A DNA stretch of 35,175 bases from a virus (IMGVR_UViG_3300038312_000113:1-35175), one strand, 5' to 3'. Shown: positions 8,211 to 18,117, numbered from the stretch's first letter. The notes: generated by a model from the sequence alone, not told the origin. Program-made: numbers and translations.

Positions 8211-8356
8211 TGCCAGCATGGCTCAGATACGGCCTAGTTTTCGCCGCCGTGGCGTTTGTAGCCGCGGCAGTAGACTTGTACATCATCAGCCTGTCCCCGT
8301 TCGTTATAGCGGGGTTGGCGGTCTGGGGAGTTAGGAGAATGGAGGGAAACAGATGA
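8210..8356 (+). CDS. small membrane protein
   Basis: TGATG coupling; two hydrophobic stretches. Confidence 0.5.
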   Translation: MPAWLRYGLVFAAVAFVAAAVDLYIISLSPFVIAGLAVWGVRRMEGNR

Positions 8357-8477
8357 GTTACATGAGGACGTTAAAACGCGGCGTACTGGCCGATGATGTG
8401 GACTGGGACAGCATCCAAGTACCCACGTTGTTTGAAGAATCCAAACTGAAATTAGTGAAATAGGAGGACTTATAAAT

Positions 8478-8870
8478 ATGGAGATTACCCTAAAGATCCA
8501 AGCCCCGGAAATTGTAGACGCACTAAACGCTTTGGCCACGGCCATAGCCGGCAACTTGGAAGTGCTCCTGAGGATCCCAGCGGTACAAGAGATTGGTGGG
8601 GCTGCCATCGCTCCTCCCCCTGTTACCGAAAAGCTTAAAAATGATACTAAACCCGCCAAAACTGTGAACGAAACGGCGGAAACTGTGAACGAAACCGCTG
8701 AAACTGAAACATTTACCTTAGAGCAGGTGCGGGCAGAATTAGCAAACCTTTCCCGGGCGGGGAAACAGACAGAAGTTAAAGCGCTGCTAAATAGTTTTGG
8801 AGTAAAAAAACTAACTGAAATCCCCGCTGAAAAATACCCTGAGCTGATGAAAGAAGCGGAGGCGATATAG
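8478..8870 (+). CDS. conserved phage replication-module protein (upstream partner of DUF2800)
   Basis: C-terminal TLEQVRAELANLSRAGKQTEVKALL..FG.KKL.EIP.EKY.EL motif typical of this position. Confidence 0.7.
   Translation: MEITLKIQAPEIVDALNALATAIAGNLEVLLRIPAVQEIGGAAIAPPPVTEKLKNDTKPAKTVNETAETVNETAETETFTLEQVRAELANLSRAGKQTEVKALLNSFGVKKLTEIPAEKYPELMKEAEAI
8659..8706 (+). repeat. 21-bp tandem repeat encoding TVNETAE twice
   Basis: AAACTGTGAACGAAAC at 8659 and 8680, plus a partial third unit. Confidence 0.8.
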
Positions 8871-10048
8871 TGAGCCATGCTATTTTAAGTGCCTCCGGGG
8901 CTCATCGCTGGATGGCCTGCACGCCCAGCGCGAGGTTGGAACAGCAATTTCCAGACTCTACCAGCACCTTTGCTGAGGAGGGCACCTTTGCCCACGCCCT
9001 GGCAGAACTCAAACTCAGCCGGGCTATAGCGAATACGACAAAACCTAGCGTCTTTAAAAAGCGCCTGGCCGAAATGCAAAAGAATCCATTGTTCTCCCCC
9101 GCTATGGAGGAGTACGTTGACCAGTATGTTGCTCAGGTTACCGAAATATTTATAGCAGCTAAAAAGAAGTGCAAGGATACCCTGGTGATGTTAGAGCAGC
9201 GCCTAGACTTCTCCGAGTGGGTACCTGGCGGGTTCGGTACCGGTGACGTAGTTATTATCTCAGACGGAATCTTAGAAGTAATCGATTTGAAGTATGGAAA
9301 GGGGGTACCAATATCAGCTGAGAATAACAGCCAGACCCGATTATACGGTCTAGGGGCGATATCGACTTTTGATATGCTGTATGAGTTTAACCTGGTACGC
9401 ATGACGATTATTCAGCCCAGATTAGACAGCACTTCTACGGAAGAAATGACCGTCGAAAGTCTACTTTTATGGGCTGAAAATAAGCTCAAGCCCAAAGCAC
9501 AATTAGCTGATGCTGGAGGCGGTGAGTTTTATGCCGGTGACCACTGTCAATTTTGCAGGGCTAAAGCTACATGCAGGGCCCGGGCAGAAGCGAACCTGGA
9601 ACTGGCAAAGCTAGATTTCCAAGAACCCCTACTACTTACAGATGAAGAAATAGCTGAAGTACTGGCGAAAGTTAGTCAGCTTAAAGCTTGGGCCTCCGAT
9701 GTGGAAACATATGCCTTAGAACAGGCCAGGGATCATGGCATTAAGTATCCAGGCTGGAAACTGGTAGAAGGTCGCAGTAATAGGAAATATGCAGATGATA
9801 TAGCTGTCGGTCAGGTTTTAACTGCAGCAGGGTACGAAGAAGAGCAAATACACAAAGAGCCTGAGCTACTTGGTATTACCGCGATGGAAAAACTACTAGG
9901 TAAAAAGAAATTTGAAGAGCTGCTTAAAGAGCTGGTTATTAAGCCAGCTGGTAAACCTACGTTGGTACCGGAAAACGATAAGCGCCCCGAAATTAATTCC
10001 CTGCAGTCCGCAATAGACGACTTTATGGCTGCGGAAATACCGTTTTAA
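8870..10048 (+). CDS. DUF2800-family PD-(D/E)xK (Cas4-like) nuclease
   Basis: HAILSASGAHRW.ACTPS, EGT.AH, GFGTGD, IDLKYGKG, Q.RLY.LGA, HCQFC...C. Confidence 0.85.
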   Translation: MSHAILSASGAHRWMACTPSARLEQQFPDSTSTFAEEGTFAHALAELKLSRAIANTTKPSVFKKRLAEMQKNPLFSPAMEEYVDQYVAQVTEIFIAAKKKCKDTLVMLEQRLDFSEWVPGGFGTGDVVIISDGILEVIDLKYGKGVPISAENNSQTRLYGLGAISTFDMLYEFNLVRMTIIQPRLDSTSTEEMTVESLLLWAENKLKPKAQLADAGGGEFYAGDHCQFCRAKATCRARAEANLELAKLDFQEPLLLTDEEIAEVLAKVSQLKAWASDVETYALEQARDHGIKYPGWKLVEGRSNRKYADDIAVGQVLTAAGYEEEQIHKEPELLGITAMEKLLGKKKFEELLKELVIKPAGKPTLVPENDKRPEINSLQSAIDDFMAAEIPF

Positions 10049-10069
10049 TGAAAGAGAGGAGAATGTTTA

Positions 10070-10630
10070 ATGAGTAAAACTACAACTAACCAGACCACAA
10101 AAGTTATTACCGGAAAAGTGAGACTTTCCTATGCACACCTGTTTAAGCCTGTTGCTCTATCAGAGGACCAGGACCCGAAGTATTCCGTTTGCCTGCTAAT
10201 TCCTAAAAGCGATAAAGCTACCCTCAAGAAAATCAATAACGCTATTGAAGCCGCTAAGCAGGGCGGAGCCTCCCTCTGGGGCGGGAAAATTCCTAACAGC
10301 CTTAAAACGCCGCTCCGGGATGGAGACGATGAGCGCCCAGATCAGCCCGAGTATGAAGGTATGTATTTTGTTAATGCCTCCAGCAAGACCGCTCCGGGTG
10401 TAGTTGATAAAGACGTGCAGCCCGTCTTGGATAGCACTGAGGTTTATTCCGGCTGCTATGCCCGGGCATCGGTAAACTTCTATCCGTTTAATAAAGCCGG
10501 CAATAGAGGTATAGCCTGCGGCCTTAACAATGTTCAGAAGCTGGCTGATGGGGATTACCTGGGCGGCCGGAGCCGGGCTGAGGATGATTTTGATGCTGTG
10601 GAAGATGATGACGACGATTTCTTAGGTTAG
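10070..10630 (+). CDS. DUF2815-family single-stranded DNA-binding protein
   Basis: VRLSYAHLF, PLRDGD, YSGCYARAS, GLNNVQK; acidic tail DDDDDFLG. Confidence 0.85.
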   Translation: MSKTTTNQTTKVITGKVRLSYAHLFKPVALSEDQDPKYSVCLLIPKSDKATLKKINNAIEAAKQGGASLWGGKIPNSLKTPLRDGDDERPDQPEYEGMYFVNASSKTAPGVVDKDVQPVLDSTEVYSGCYARASVNFYPFNKAGNRGIACGLNNVQKLADGDYLGGRSRAEDDFDAVEDDDDDFLG

Positions 10631-10634
10631 GGCT

Positions 10635-12614
10635 ATGAGTATACTCAGTATTGATATCGAGACATATAGCGATATAGACCTTAAGAAGTCCGGAGTTTAC
10701 CCTTATGCTGAATCAGATAGTTTTCAGATCCTATTATTCGCTTATGCATTTGATGATGGGCCAATCCGTATTGTGGATCTGGCCCAGGGTGAAATAATAC
10801 CTTATTTTGTTGTAGAATCTCTGTTTGATCCTGCTGACATAAAAACAGCCTATAACGCTAATTTCGAGAGGACTTGTCTGGCCAAGCACTTTGGCCAGGC
10901 AATGCCTGCCGATCAGTGGCAATGTACTATGGTTCACGCTCTTACCCTCGGCCTACCTATGTCCTTAGCGGATGTAGGTAGAGCCCTACAGCTGCCAGTA
11001 GATAAGCAGAAGTCCAGCGCCGGTACAGCTTTAATACGCTTCTTCTGCGTGCCACAAAAACGCAGAAAAGAGGTCAACACATATCTATTTGATGATCCCT
11101 ATTTAGCAAGCTATCGCAATTACCCTAAAGACTCTCCTACTAAATGGGAACAATTCAAAGCTTATTGCATCCAGGATGTAGAGACGGAGCGCACCATCAG
11201 AACAGCCTTAGAGAAATACCCTATAAGCCAAACCGAACACCAAATATGGTGCTTAGATCAGTACATCAATGACCTGGGAGTGGAAGTAGATATTCAGCTG
11301 GTCCAGCAGGCTATAACCTGTGCATCCAAACATCAAGAACAACTGGAGGAGGAGGCCATTAAACTGACTGGATTGGACAACCCTAAAAGCGTTGCCCAGG
11401 TTAAGCAGTGGTTAAAAGATGCAGAAGGTATTGGCGTCAAAAGCCTTAATAAAGATTCCGTTTCGGGTCTGCTTAAACAAGCGGAAAGCGATACGGTCAA
11501 AAGGGTGTTGGAGATCAGGCAGGAGTTGGCCAAAACCTCTATTAAAAAGTATGAGGCTATGGAGCGCAGCCGCTGTAAAGATAACCGTATCCGGGGACTA
11601 TTCCAATTCTACGGAGCCAACCGGTCCGGTCGCTGGGCCGGGCGGTTGGTGCAAGTGCAAAACCTACCCCAGAATCACCTGAAAGATCTGGATCTGGCCC
11701 GGGAGCTGCTTAAGTCAGGGGACCATGAAACCTTTGAACTGTTATTTGGAAATGTACCTGGTACCCTCTCCGAACTTCTTAGGACTGCTCTGGTTGCAGG
11801 GGAAGGAAACATTTTCAGGGTATCCGATTTCTCAGCTATTGAGGCCAGAATAATAGCCTGGCTGGCCGGAGAAGAGTGGAGAATGGAAGTGTTCAGAACC
11901 CACGGCAAGATCTATGAGGCCTCTGCCTCTCAAATGTTTAAGGTACCGATTGAACAGATCACCAAAACAAACCCACTGAGGCAAAAGGGAAAAATAGCGG
12001 AACTTGCTTTAGGTTATGGCGGGGCAGATGGGGCACTTAAAGCCATGGGAGCTCTCAAACAAGGTCTGAAAGAGAAAGAACTGAAACCGCTGGTAAAGGC
12101 CTGGCGGAACGCTAATCCAAGCATCACACAGTTATGGTGGGATGTAGAAGAAGCGGCCATGACTGCGATAGTAGAAAAAACCTCAGTGCAGCTGCGCCAC
12201 AGATTAAAGTTTACCTACGAATCCGGAATCTTATTCATCACTCTGCCCTCCGGACGTAATTTAGCTTATGTCAGACCTAGGATAGAAAATGATATAAGGT
12301 TCAATAAACCTACTATTACTTATGAAGGTTACGAACAAGGGAAATGGACCAGGTTAAAAACTTATGGCCCTAAATTGGTGGAGAACATCATCCAAGCAAC
12401 AGCCCGAGACTGCCTGGCTGAAGCAATGCTGAGACTGGATGAACGCGGCTTTAAGATTGTGATGCACGTACATGATGAAGTAATTATAGAAGCTCCAGAG
12501 GGTGATGATTGTCTGGAAGAGGTCTGCCGTATAATGGGGCAGCCGCTTGACTGGGCTCCAGGATTGCCGCTGCCGGCTGATGGGTATGAGACTTATTACT
12601 ATAGAAAGGATTGA
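10635..12614 (+). CDS. family A DNA polymerase with 3'-5' exonuclease
   Basis: IDIETYS and YC.QDV exonuclease motifs; DFSAIEAR (motif A), RQKGK..ELALGYG (motif B), HVHDE (motif C). Confidence 0.93.
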   Translation: MSILSIDIETYSDIDLKKSGVYPYAESDSFQILLFAYAFDDGPIRIVDLAQGEIIPYFVVESLFDPADIKTAYNANFERTCLAKHFGQAMPADQWQCTMVHALTLGLPMSLADVGRALQLPVDKQKSSAGTALIRFFCVPQKRRKEVNTYLFDDPYLASYRNYPKDSPTKWEQFKAYCIQDVETERTIRTALEKYPISQTEHQIWCLDQYINDLGVEVDIQLVQQAITCASKHQEQLEEEAIKLTGLDNPKSVAQVKQWLKDAEGIGVKSLNKDSVSGLLKQAESDTVKRVLEIRQELAKTSIKKYEAMERSRCKDNRIRGLFQFYGANRSGRWAGRLVQVQNLPQNHLKDLDLARELLKSGDHETFELLFGNVPGTLSELLRTALVAGEGNIFRVSDFSAIEARIIAWLAGEEWRMEVFRTHGKIYEASASQMFKVPIEQITKTNPLRQKGKIAELALGYGGADGALKAMGALKQGLKEKELKPLVKAWRNANPSITQLWWDVEEAAMTAIVEKTSVQLRHRLKFTYESGILFITLPSGRNLAYVRPRIENDIRFNKPTITYEGYEQGKWTRLKTYGPKLVENIIQATARDCLAEAMLRLDERGFKIVMHVHDEVIIEAPEGDDCLEEVCRIMGQPLDWAPGLPLPADGYETYYYRKD

Positions 12615-12618
12615 GGTG

Positions 12619-15060
12619 ATGGGATTGAGCCTAACAGATCCTCTACCTAGCAAACTCAAATACGATGGAACCATCACCATTGCCACCGGCAGGAGCCGGA
12701 AAGAGACCAGCTGGAAGAACCGGGAAATGCTCTGGTCTGAGCTCTTACAAAAGCTCAGCCAGACTACCCGGACCCGGGAAACCCTGGCTGAGTATAAGAA
12801 AATGACCAAGCCGCAGCAGGACGCCATTAAGGATGTGGGCGGGTTTGTGGGTGGCACCTTAAAAGGCGGCCGGAGAAAAGCTGATGCAGTTGTCTGGCGG
12901 CAGGTGCTTACCCTGGATGCAGACTTCGTACAGGGTGACCTATGGGCGTCTGTGGAATTGTTCTGTGACTTCGGTTGCGCTATCTATAGTACGCACAAGC
13001 ACAGCCCAGAGAATCCCCGGCTACGATTAGTAATCCCCTTGGCCAGACCGGTTACTCCAGATGAATACCCAGCAATTGGAAGAAGGATAGCAGCTGACCT
13101 TGGTATTGATATGTTTGATGACACAACCTATGAGCCACACAGGTTAATGTATTGGCCTAGCACTTCAGCTGACGGTGAGTTCGTTTTCAGGCACCAAGAT
13201 GGCCCCTGGCTGGATCCGGATGAGGTACTAGCCAGGTACCCGGACTGGAGAGACCCATCATTCTGGCCAGAGTCATCCCGGGTACAGCAGAAAAGACAAA
13301 AATTAGCCGATAAGCAGGGAGACCCACTGGAAAAGCCCGGAGTAATTGGGGCCTTTTGCAGAACCTACTCTATAGAGGAAGCCATAGAAACTTTTCTTAG
13401 TGATGTGTATGAGGAGTGCAGGGAAGGCCGGTATACTTTTATACCCGGCAGTACGGCTGGGGGCCTGGTTGTATACGATGATGGGAAATTCGTTTACAGC
13501 CATCATGGAACAGATCCGATCGGCGGCCGGCTGGTTAATAGTTATGACCTGGTCCGGATCCACAAATATGGTGAGCTGGATGAAAAAGCAGAGCCAGGTA
13601 CCCCTACAGTGAAACTACCTTCCTATTTAGCTATGCAGGAATTCTGCCTGGCTGATGAACAGGTAAAGGTCACCCTGGGGACAGAGAAGCTTGCAAGTGC
13701 TCAGGAAGAATTTGAAGTTGTAGAAGATACTGAGGCCTGGTTAAAGCAGCTGGAGTACAACAAAAAAGGTGAGCTGGTGGCATCCCTAGCTAACCTGGTG
13801 CTGATACTGCGTAATGATCCAAACTTGCAAGGAATAGCCTACAACGCCCATAAAAGCTCAGTCGCACTATTATACCAAGTGCCCTGGCGAAAACCAGAGG
13901 AGTGGAAGGGCCCAACGTGGAGTGATGATGACGATGCGAGCCTCCGGGTCTATCTGGAGAAGGTCTATAACATCTGGTCGCCCGCAAAATTAAGCGATGC
14001 TCTGGCGGCGGTAAGCCATGAACGATCATTCCATCCGGTCAGAGAGTATTTGGATGGCCTGCCGGAATGGGACGGTATTCCCCGGTTGGAGGAGCTGCTA
14101 ATTGATTGTCTGGGCGCAGAGGATAGCTCTTACACCCGAGCCGTTACCAAAAAGGCTTTCACGGCCGCAGTGGCCCGGGTAATGAATCCCGGCTGTAAGT
14201 TTGACTGTATGCTTGTTCTGCGCGGCCCACAGGGGATAGGGAAAAGCACCATATTTCAAAAGCTGGGCGGTAAGTGGTTTACGGACTCCCTATCCATGAA
14301 TGATATGAAGGATAAAACTGCAGCTGAGAAATTACAGGGCTCCTGGATCCTGGAAGTAGGTGAGCTGGCTGGGATTAAAAAGGCAGAAGTAGAGGCCGTA
14401 AAATCCTTCTTGAGCCGGCAGACGGACAAATACAGACCTGCCTTTGGACGTCGAACAGTTGAATATCCCCGGCAGTGCATCATAGTAGGCAGCACTAATG
14501 CAGACATGGGATTCTTGCGGGATAGTACCGGGAATCGGCGTTTTTGGCCGGTGCAGGTGCGTGGGGTGGAGCCAGATAGGGCGCCCTGGGCGCTGAATGA
14601 CTACACGGTTGGGCAGGTATGGGCTGAAGCGCTGGAGACGTGGAAAGCTGGAGAGGAACTATTCTTGACAGGTGATGTGGCCAGGGAAGCTCTGGAGCAG
14701 CAGAAGCTGGCTATGGAAAATGATGAGCGCCTAGGGCTGATAAAGGAATACCTGGACCGGCTACTGCCTGAGAACTGGGAAGACATGGGCCTGGGCGAAC
14801 GCCGGCAGTTTATACACGGCACTGAGTTTGGTACAGCTGAAGGAACCGTAGAACGTGACCGAGTTTGTGTAGCAGAGATCTGGAGTGAACGCTTTTGTAA
14901 GGATCTGGCTATGGCCAAGCGGTTTGAAATTGATGAAGTACACAGCTTAATGCAACAGATTGAAGGCTGGGAACGGTATCAGGGAAACAAGGATGGCAAG
15001 TTAAGATTCCGCCTTTATGGTATGCAAAGGGCCTATATAAAAACTGATGCCGATAGGTGA
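12619..15060 (+). CDS. primase-helicase (N-terminal primase-like domain plus VapE P-loop helicase)
   Basis: GGFVGG, LDAD, YSTHKH..PRLRL; FHPVREYL, GPQGIGKST, DSTGNRRFWP; start 12619 or TTG 12625. Confidence 0.88.
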   Translation: MGLSLTDPLPSKLKYDGTITIATGRSRKETSWKNREMLWSELLQKLSQTTRTRETLAEYKKMTKPQQDAIKDVGGFVGGTLKGGRRKADAVVWRQVLTLDADFVQGDLWASVELFCDFGCAIYSTHKHSPENPRLRLVIPLARPVTPDEYPAIGRRIAADLGIDMFDDTTYEPHRLMYWPSTSADGEFVFRHQDGPWLDPDEVLARYPDWRDPSFWPESSRVQQKRQKLADKQGDPLEKPGVIGAFCRTYSIEEAIETFLSDVYEECREGRYTFIPGSTAGGLVVYDDGKFVYSHHGTDPIGGRLVNSYDLVRIHKYGELDEKAEPGTPTVKLPSYLAMQEFCLADEQVKVTLGTEKLASAQEEFEVVEDTEAWLKQLEYNKKGELVASLANLVLILRNDPNLQGIAYNAHKSSVALLYQVPWRKPEEWKGPTWSDDDDASLRVYLEKVYNIWSPAKLSDALAAVSHERSFHPVREYLDGLPEWDGIPRLEELLIDCLGAEDSSYTRAVTKKAFTAAVARVMNPGCKFDCMLVLRGPQGIGKSTIFQKLGGKWFTDSLSMNDMKDKTAAEKLQGSWILEVGELAGIKKAEVEAVKSFLSRQTDKYRPAFGRRTVEYPRQCIIVGSTNADMGFLRDSTGNRRFWPVQVRGVEPDRAPWALNDYTVGQVWAEALETWKAGEELFLTGDVAREALEQQKLAMENDERLGLIKEYLDRLLPENWEDMGLGERRQFIHGTEFGTAEGTVERDRVCVAEIWSERFCKDLAMAKRFEIDEVHSLMQQIEGWERYQGNKDGKLRFRLYGMQRAYIKTDADR

Positions 15061-15301
15061 AAAAAGTCGGTATCAAAGTTAAAAAATGATGCCGATGGCT
15101 TAAACCTACAGCTAAAAAATTGATTCCGATGATACCGACTTAAAAACTATCGGCAACAAGCTAAAAACCCCAATACTCTAGGGCTGAAAACTAATGATAC
15201 CTATGATGCCTATATTTGTAGTCAGTATGTAATATATAGAAATAACACCCCTGTACGCTATACGCGCGCACGCATAAGGAAAAATCGGTATCTCGGTATC
15301 A
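15045..15301. repeat. iteron-like repeats TGAT(A/G)CCGAT in both orientations; candidate replication origin
   Basis: About ten imperfect copies starting at 15045, 15066(-), 15087, 15121, 15130, 15149(-), 15195, 15204, 15284(-) and 15292(-) in an AT-rich non-coding gap. Confidence 0.65.
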
Positions 15302-15314
15302 ATTAAAACGAGGG

Positions 15315-15614
15315 ATGAATATGCAGGAAAGCAGTTTAGAAAAAAGACTCAGACTCGAAGTGAAAAAACATGGTGGGCGAGCGTTGAAGTTTGTTTCACC
15401 AGGTAAGCGTGGAGTGCCAGACCGATTAGTCTTAAAACCGGGAGGACGAGCGATATTTGTAGAGATGAAGGCTCCAGGTAAACCTTTAGAGCCATTGCAG
15501 CTAAAACGAGCTAAACAACTTAGAACACTAGGATTTCAAGTTTATAAGATTGATTCCATTGAGGACATAAAGAATTTTATCCAGGAGGAATTCAAACCGG
15601 GAGGTGATGCCTAA
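15315..15614 (+). CDS. VRR-NUC domain nuclease
   Basis: E..LE..L, GVPDRLVL, FVEMKAPG..L.PLQ. Confidence 0.88.
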   Translation: MNMQESSLEKRLRLEVKKHGGRALKFVSPGKRGVPDRLVLKPGGRAIFVEMKAPGKPLEPLQLKRAKQLRTLGFQVYKIDSIEDIKNFIQEEFKPGGDA

Positions 15615-16981
15615 TGAAGTTCAGTCCACACCCTTATCAGGAATACGCAACAAGCAGAATATTGGATCAGGAAGCTGTAGGGTTATTTTTGGATATGGGC
15701 TTAGGTTGAGGTAAGACCGTTTCAACACTGACTGCCGTAGACCAGTTGCTGTATAACTACTTTGACGTGCAAAAGGTTTTAGTAATAGCACCTTTAAGAG
15801 TAGCGCAAAAAACCTGGACCGATGAAGTACGGAAGTGGGATCACTTGAAGCACCTGAGAATCAGTAAGGTCCTAGGAACTGAGAAACAACGCCTGGCAGC
15901 CCTCCAGGCTAAAGCTGATATCTGGGTAATTAACAGGGAAAACGTGGAGTGGTTGGTTGACCTGTACGGGAAGGATTGGCCGTTTGATATGGTGGTCATC
16001 GATGAGCTGTCCAGTTTCAAGTCCAGTAAGGCTAAACGGTTCAGAGCCCTACGCAAGGTGCGGCCGTGTATAAAACGCATTGTGGGCCTAACCGGTACGC
16101 CGGCACCAAACGGATTGATTGATCTCTGGCCACAAGTTTATCTCCTGGACCAGGGCGAGCGCTTGGGTAAAACAGTTACCGGGTACCGGAGCCGGTACTT
16201 TGACCCGGGAAAGCGGAACCGGACTGTAATATTTAGCTGGGACCCAAAACCGGGAGCCGAGGAAGCAATCTACAGCAAGCTGGAGGATTTATGCGTAAGT
16301 ATGTCATCCGAAGACTGGCTGCAGATGCCGGAGAGGATTGATCGAGAGGTTATGGTCCAGATCCCGGAGGCGGCCAGGGCAAAATATGACCAGCTGGAGA
16401 GGAATTTACTTTTGCCTTTTGCCGGCGGCGATATAACGGCAGATACCATGGCGATTTTATCTAACAAATTAATGCAGATGGCCAACGGTGCGGTATATGA
16501 CGAAAATGGATCCACCCGGGAAATCCACCAGGCTAAACTCGAGGCCCTGGATGATATTCTGGAAGCTGCAAACGGCCAGCCGGTGCTGGTGTTTTACAAT
16601 TATCAGCACGACCGAGATAGGATACTGAAGCATATACCTACAGCCCGGGTACTGGACACAGAGGATGACATTGAGAAGTGGAACCAGAGAAAAATACCAG
16701 TTATGTTGGCGCATCCGGCCAGCGCCGGCCATGGCCTGAACCTCCAGGCTGGAGGAAACATAATAGTTTGGTTTGGATTGACCTGGTCCCTAGAGTTGTA
16801 TCTTCAGGCTATTGCCAGGCTATATCGTCAAGGCCAGGATAAAAGCGTAATTGTTCACCATTTAATAGCAGAGGGAACTATTGATGAAGCCGTGATGAAG
16901 GCCTTGGCTGGTAGGTATGTCAGCCAGAAGGCTTTACTGGAGGCAGTGAGGGCCAGGATTGAAAAGTACCAGGCTGCGTAA
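15614..16981 (+). CDS. SNF2-family helicase with an in-frame TGA at 15707-15709 inside Walker A
   Basis: TAATG coupling with GGAGGTG RBS; MKFSPHPYQ...FLDMGLG*GKTV continues in frame into ORF 15746-16981 (IDELS, LTGTP, GHGLNLQ, QAIARLYRQGQ). Confidence 0.85.
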
Positions 16982-16999
16982 AGAAAGGAGGTATAGGCA

Positions 17000-17197
17000 A
17001 TGAAAACCTGTTATATAAACGTATCACCTGAACAAGTGAAGGACTCATTGCAAATAGTAAAAGATAAAAATCCGGATAGTGTTTTAGTACTTGCGCCAGT
17101 ATGTGGAATAGAGACCGGGCCGTGTCAGTATTGGAGAGAGAACTGTAGATTGGATACGGCGGCAACAGTGCCGGACAGGCTGAAATTAGCGAAGTAG
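17000..17197 (+). CDS. hypothetical Cys-containing protein
   Basis: AAGGAGGT RBS; 65 aa. Confidence 0.55.
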   Translation: MKTCYINVSPEQVKDSLQIVKDKNPDSVLVLAPVCGIETGPCQYWRENCRLDTAATVPDRLKLAK

Positions 17198-17208
17198 GAG
17201 GGGATTAA

Positions 17209-17637
17209 ATGGCTAAGATACCACGCGAGGTCTGGCGGTTCTGCGTCGACCAAATAAAATACTACCCGCTAACCGAAGTTGCCTACGCCAATGCTAAGGC
17301 CGATATCCAGGCGGTGTATGAAGAGAGCGGGATGGGGAGTCTACCGGATCCGTCCGGGGTGCATGATGTGCATCTGGGTCAAGGGCCTCAGGAGGGTAGA
17401 TACATAGCCCGGGAAAAGGCCCTGAATAACCCATACTACAGATATTTAACGAGGTCAGTGGGGATTATGGAAGCAGCCAAGATGGGACAGGATCAGGCGG
17501 TACTGGAAGCGATTTGGTCTGAGGGATGGCGGGATAACACTATGATAGCTTTGCGAGCCAACGTGAGTGCCCGGCAGGTAGCCAGAGCCAAACATGAGTT
17601 AGTTCGGGGGGTGGCAGAGGGATGGGGGTTGTGGTGA
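17209..17637 (+). CDS. putative late transcription activator (ArpU/RinA-like)
   Basis: C-terminal HTH-like IALRANVSARQVARAK; position at the end of the replication module. Confidence 0.55.
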   Translation: MAKIPREVWRFCVDQIKYYPLTEVAYANAKADIQAVYEESGMGSLPDPSGVHDVHLGQGPQEGRYIAREKALNNPYYRYLTRSVGIMEAAKMGQDQAVLEAIWSEGWRDNTMIALRANVSARQVARAKHELVRGVAEGWGLW

Positions 17638-17885
17638 TGAGTAAAAATAAAACTGATGTTAAAAGGGTTTATGCGGCAATCATTAGACAAGCCCAGGATG
17701 ATTGGAAACAAGCCTGCAAGAATGACAATCGAAGCATGAAAAATGAGATTAGACGCTTCTTTAGGTCTGATTGGGGTATGCACATCTTGGATATACTTGA
17801 GATCGACATTAAAATTATTAATGATAAGTACCAAATTTTAAAAAATGAGCCTATTTTGGCACTGGACAGCATAGGCTTGACATGA
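17637..17885 (+). CDS. hypothetical protein
   Basis: TGATG coupling; AIIRQA.DDW...EIRRFFRSDW pattern common in Bacillota phages. Confidence 0.6.
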   Translation: MSKNKTDVKRVYAAIIRQAQDDWKQACKNDNRSMKNEIRRFFRSDWGMHILDILEIDIKIINDKYQILKNEPILALDSIGLT

Positions 17886-17891
17886 TATACT
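17863..17891 (+). promoter_or_regulatory. candidate late promoter
   Basis: TGGACA-17 nt-TATACT with extended -10 TG, upstream of the packaging genes. Confidence 0.55.
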
Positions 17892-17913
17892 GTACACGTA
17901 GAAGTATGCAGAG

Positions 17914-17940
17914 AAGCCTCCGGGGTGCCGGGGGCTTTTT
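17914..17940 (+). terminator. terminator-like hairpin just downstream of the late promoter
   Basis: AAGCCTCCGG-ggtg-CCGGGGGCTT followed by TTT. Confidence 0.6.
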
Positions 17941-17943
17941 GAT

Positions 17944-18117
17944 AATAGAGATGAAAATGCAGCAAAGAATATTAAAAATGAAGGAATGAGAATATTAGGA
18001 TTAGCATCTTAAATTAAATATAGTACGGTAGGGACTATCGGATTTTAAGCCTGTGGAGATGGAGGTTACGAAGTCTTTGAAGCAGGAATCTCGTCACTTT
18101 AGTGATGAGAGGTTCAA
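17944..18117 (+). mobile_element. IS200/IS605-family remnant: last 22 codons of tnpB plus omega-RNA scaffold and right end
   Basis: NRDENAAKNIKNEGMRILGLAS* (RuvC-III-like, 17944-18012); GAAT then hairpin TCTCGTCACT-tt-AGTGATGAGA (18089-18110); terminal TTCAA 18113-18117; internal TTGAA 18077-18081; TTGAT immediately to the left. Confidence 0.8.

Noticed and set aside
8870-10048. Cas4-like nuclease as a sign of a CRISPR system
   Set aside because: It sits in the standard DUF2800-SSB-PolA replication module; no repeat-spacer array or other cas gene was seen.
15707-15709. Genome-wide TGA reassignment as the explanation for the helicase stop
   Set aside because: TGA ends many genes at tight coupling junctions (e.g. 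363, 12614, 18694, 28838, 34952) and no other conserved gene shows an internal TGA. Local Trp/Sec readthrough is not excluded but would lengthen the P-loop.
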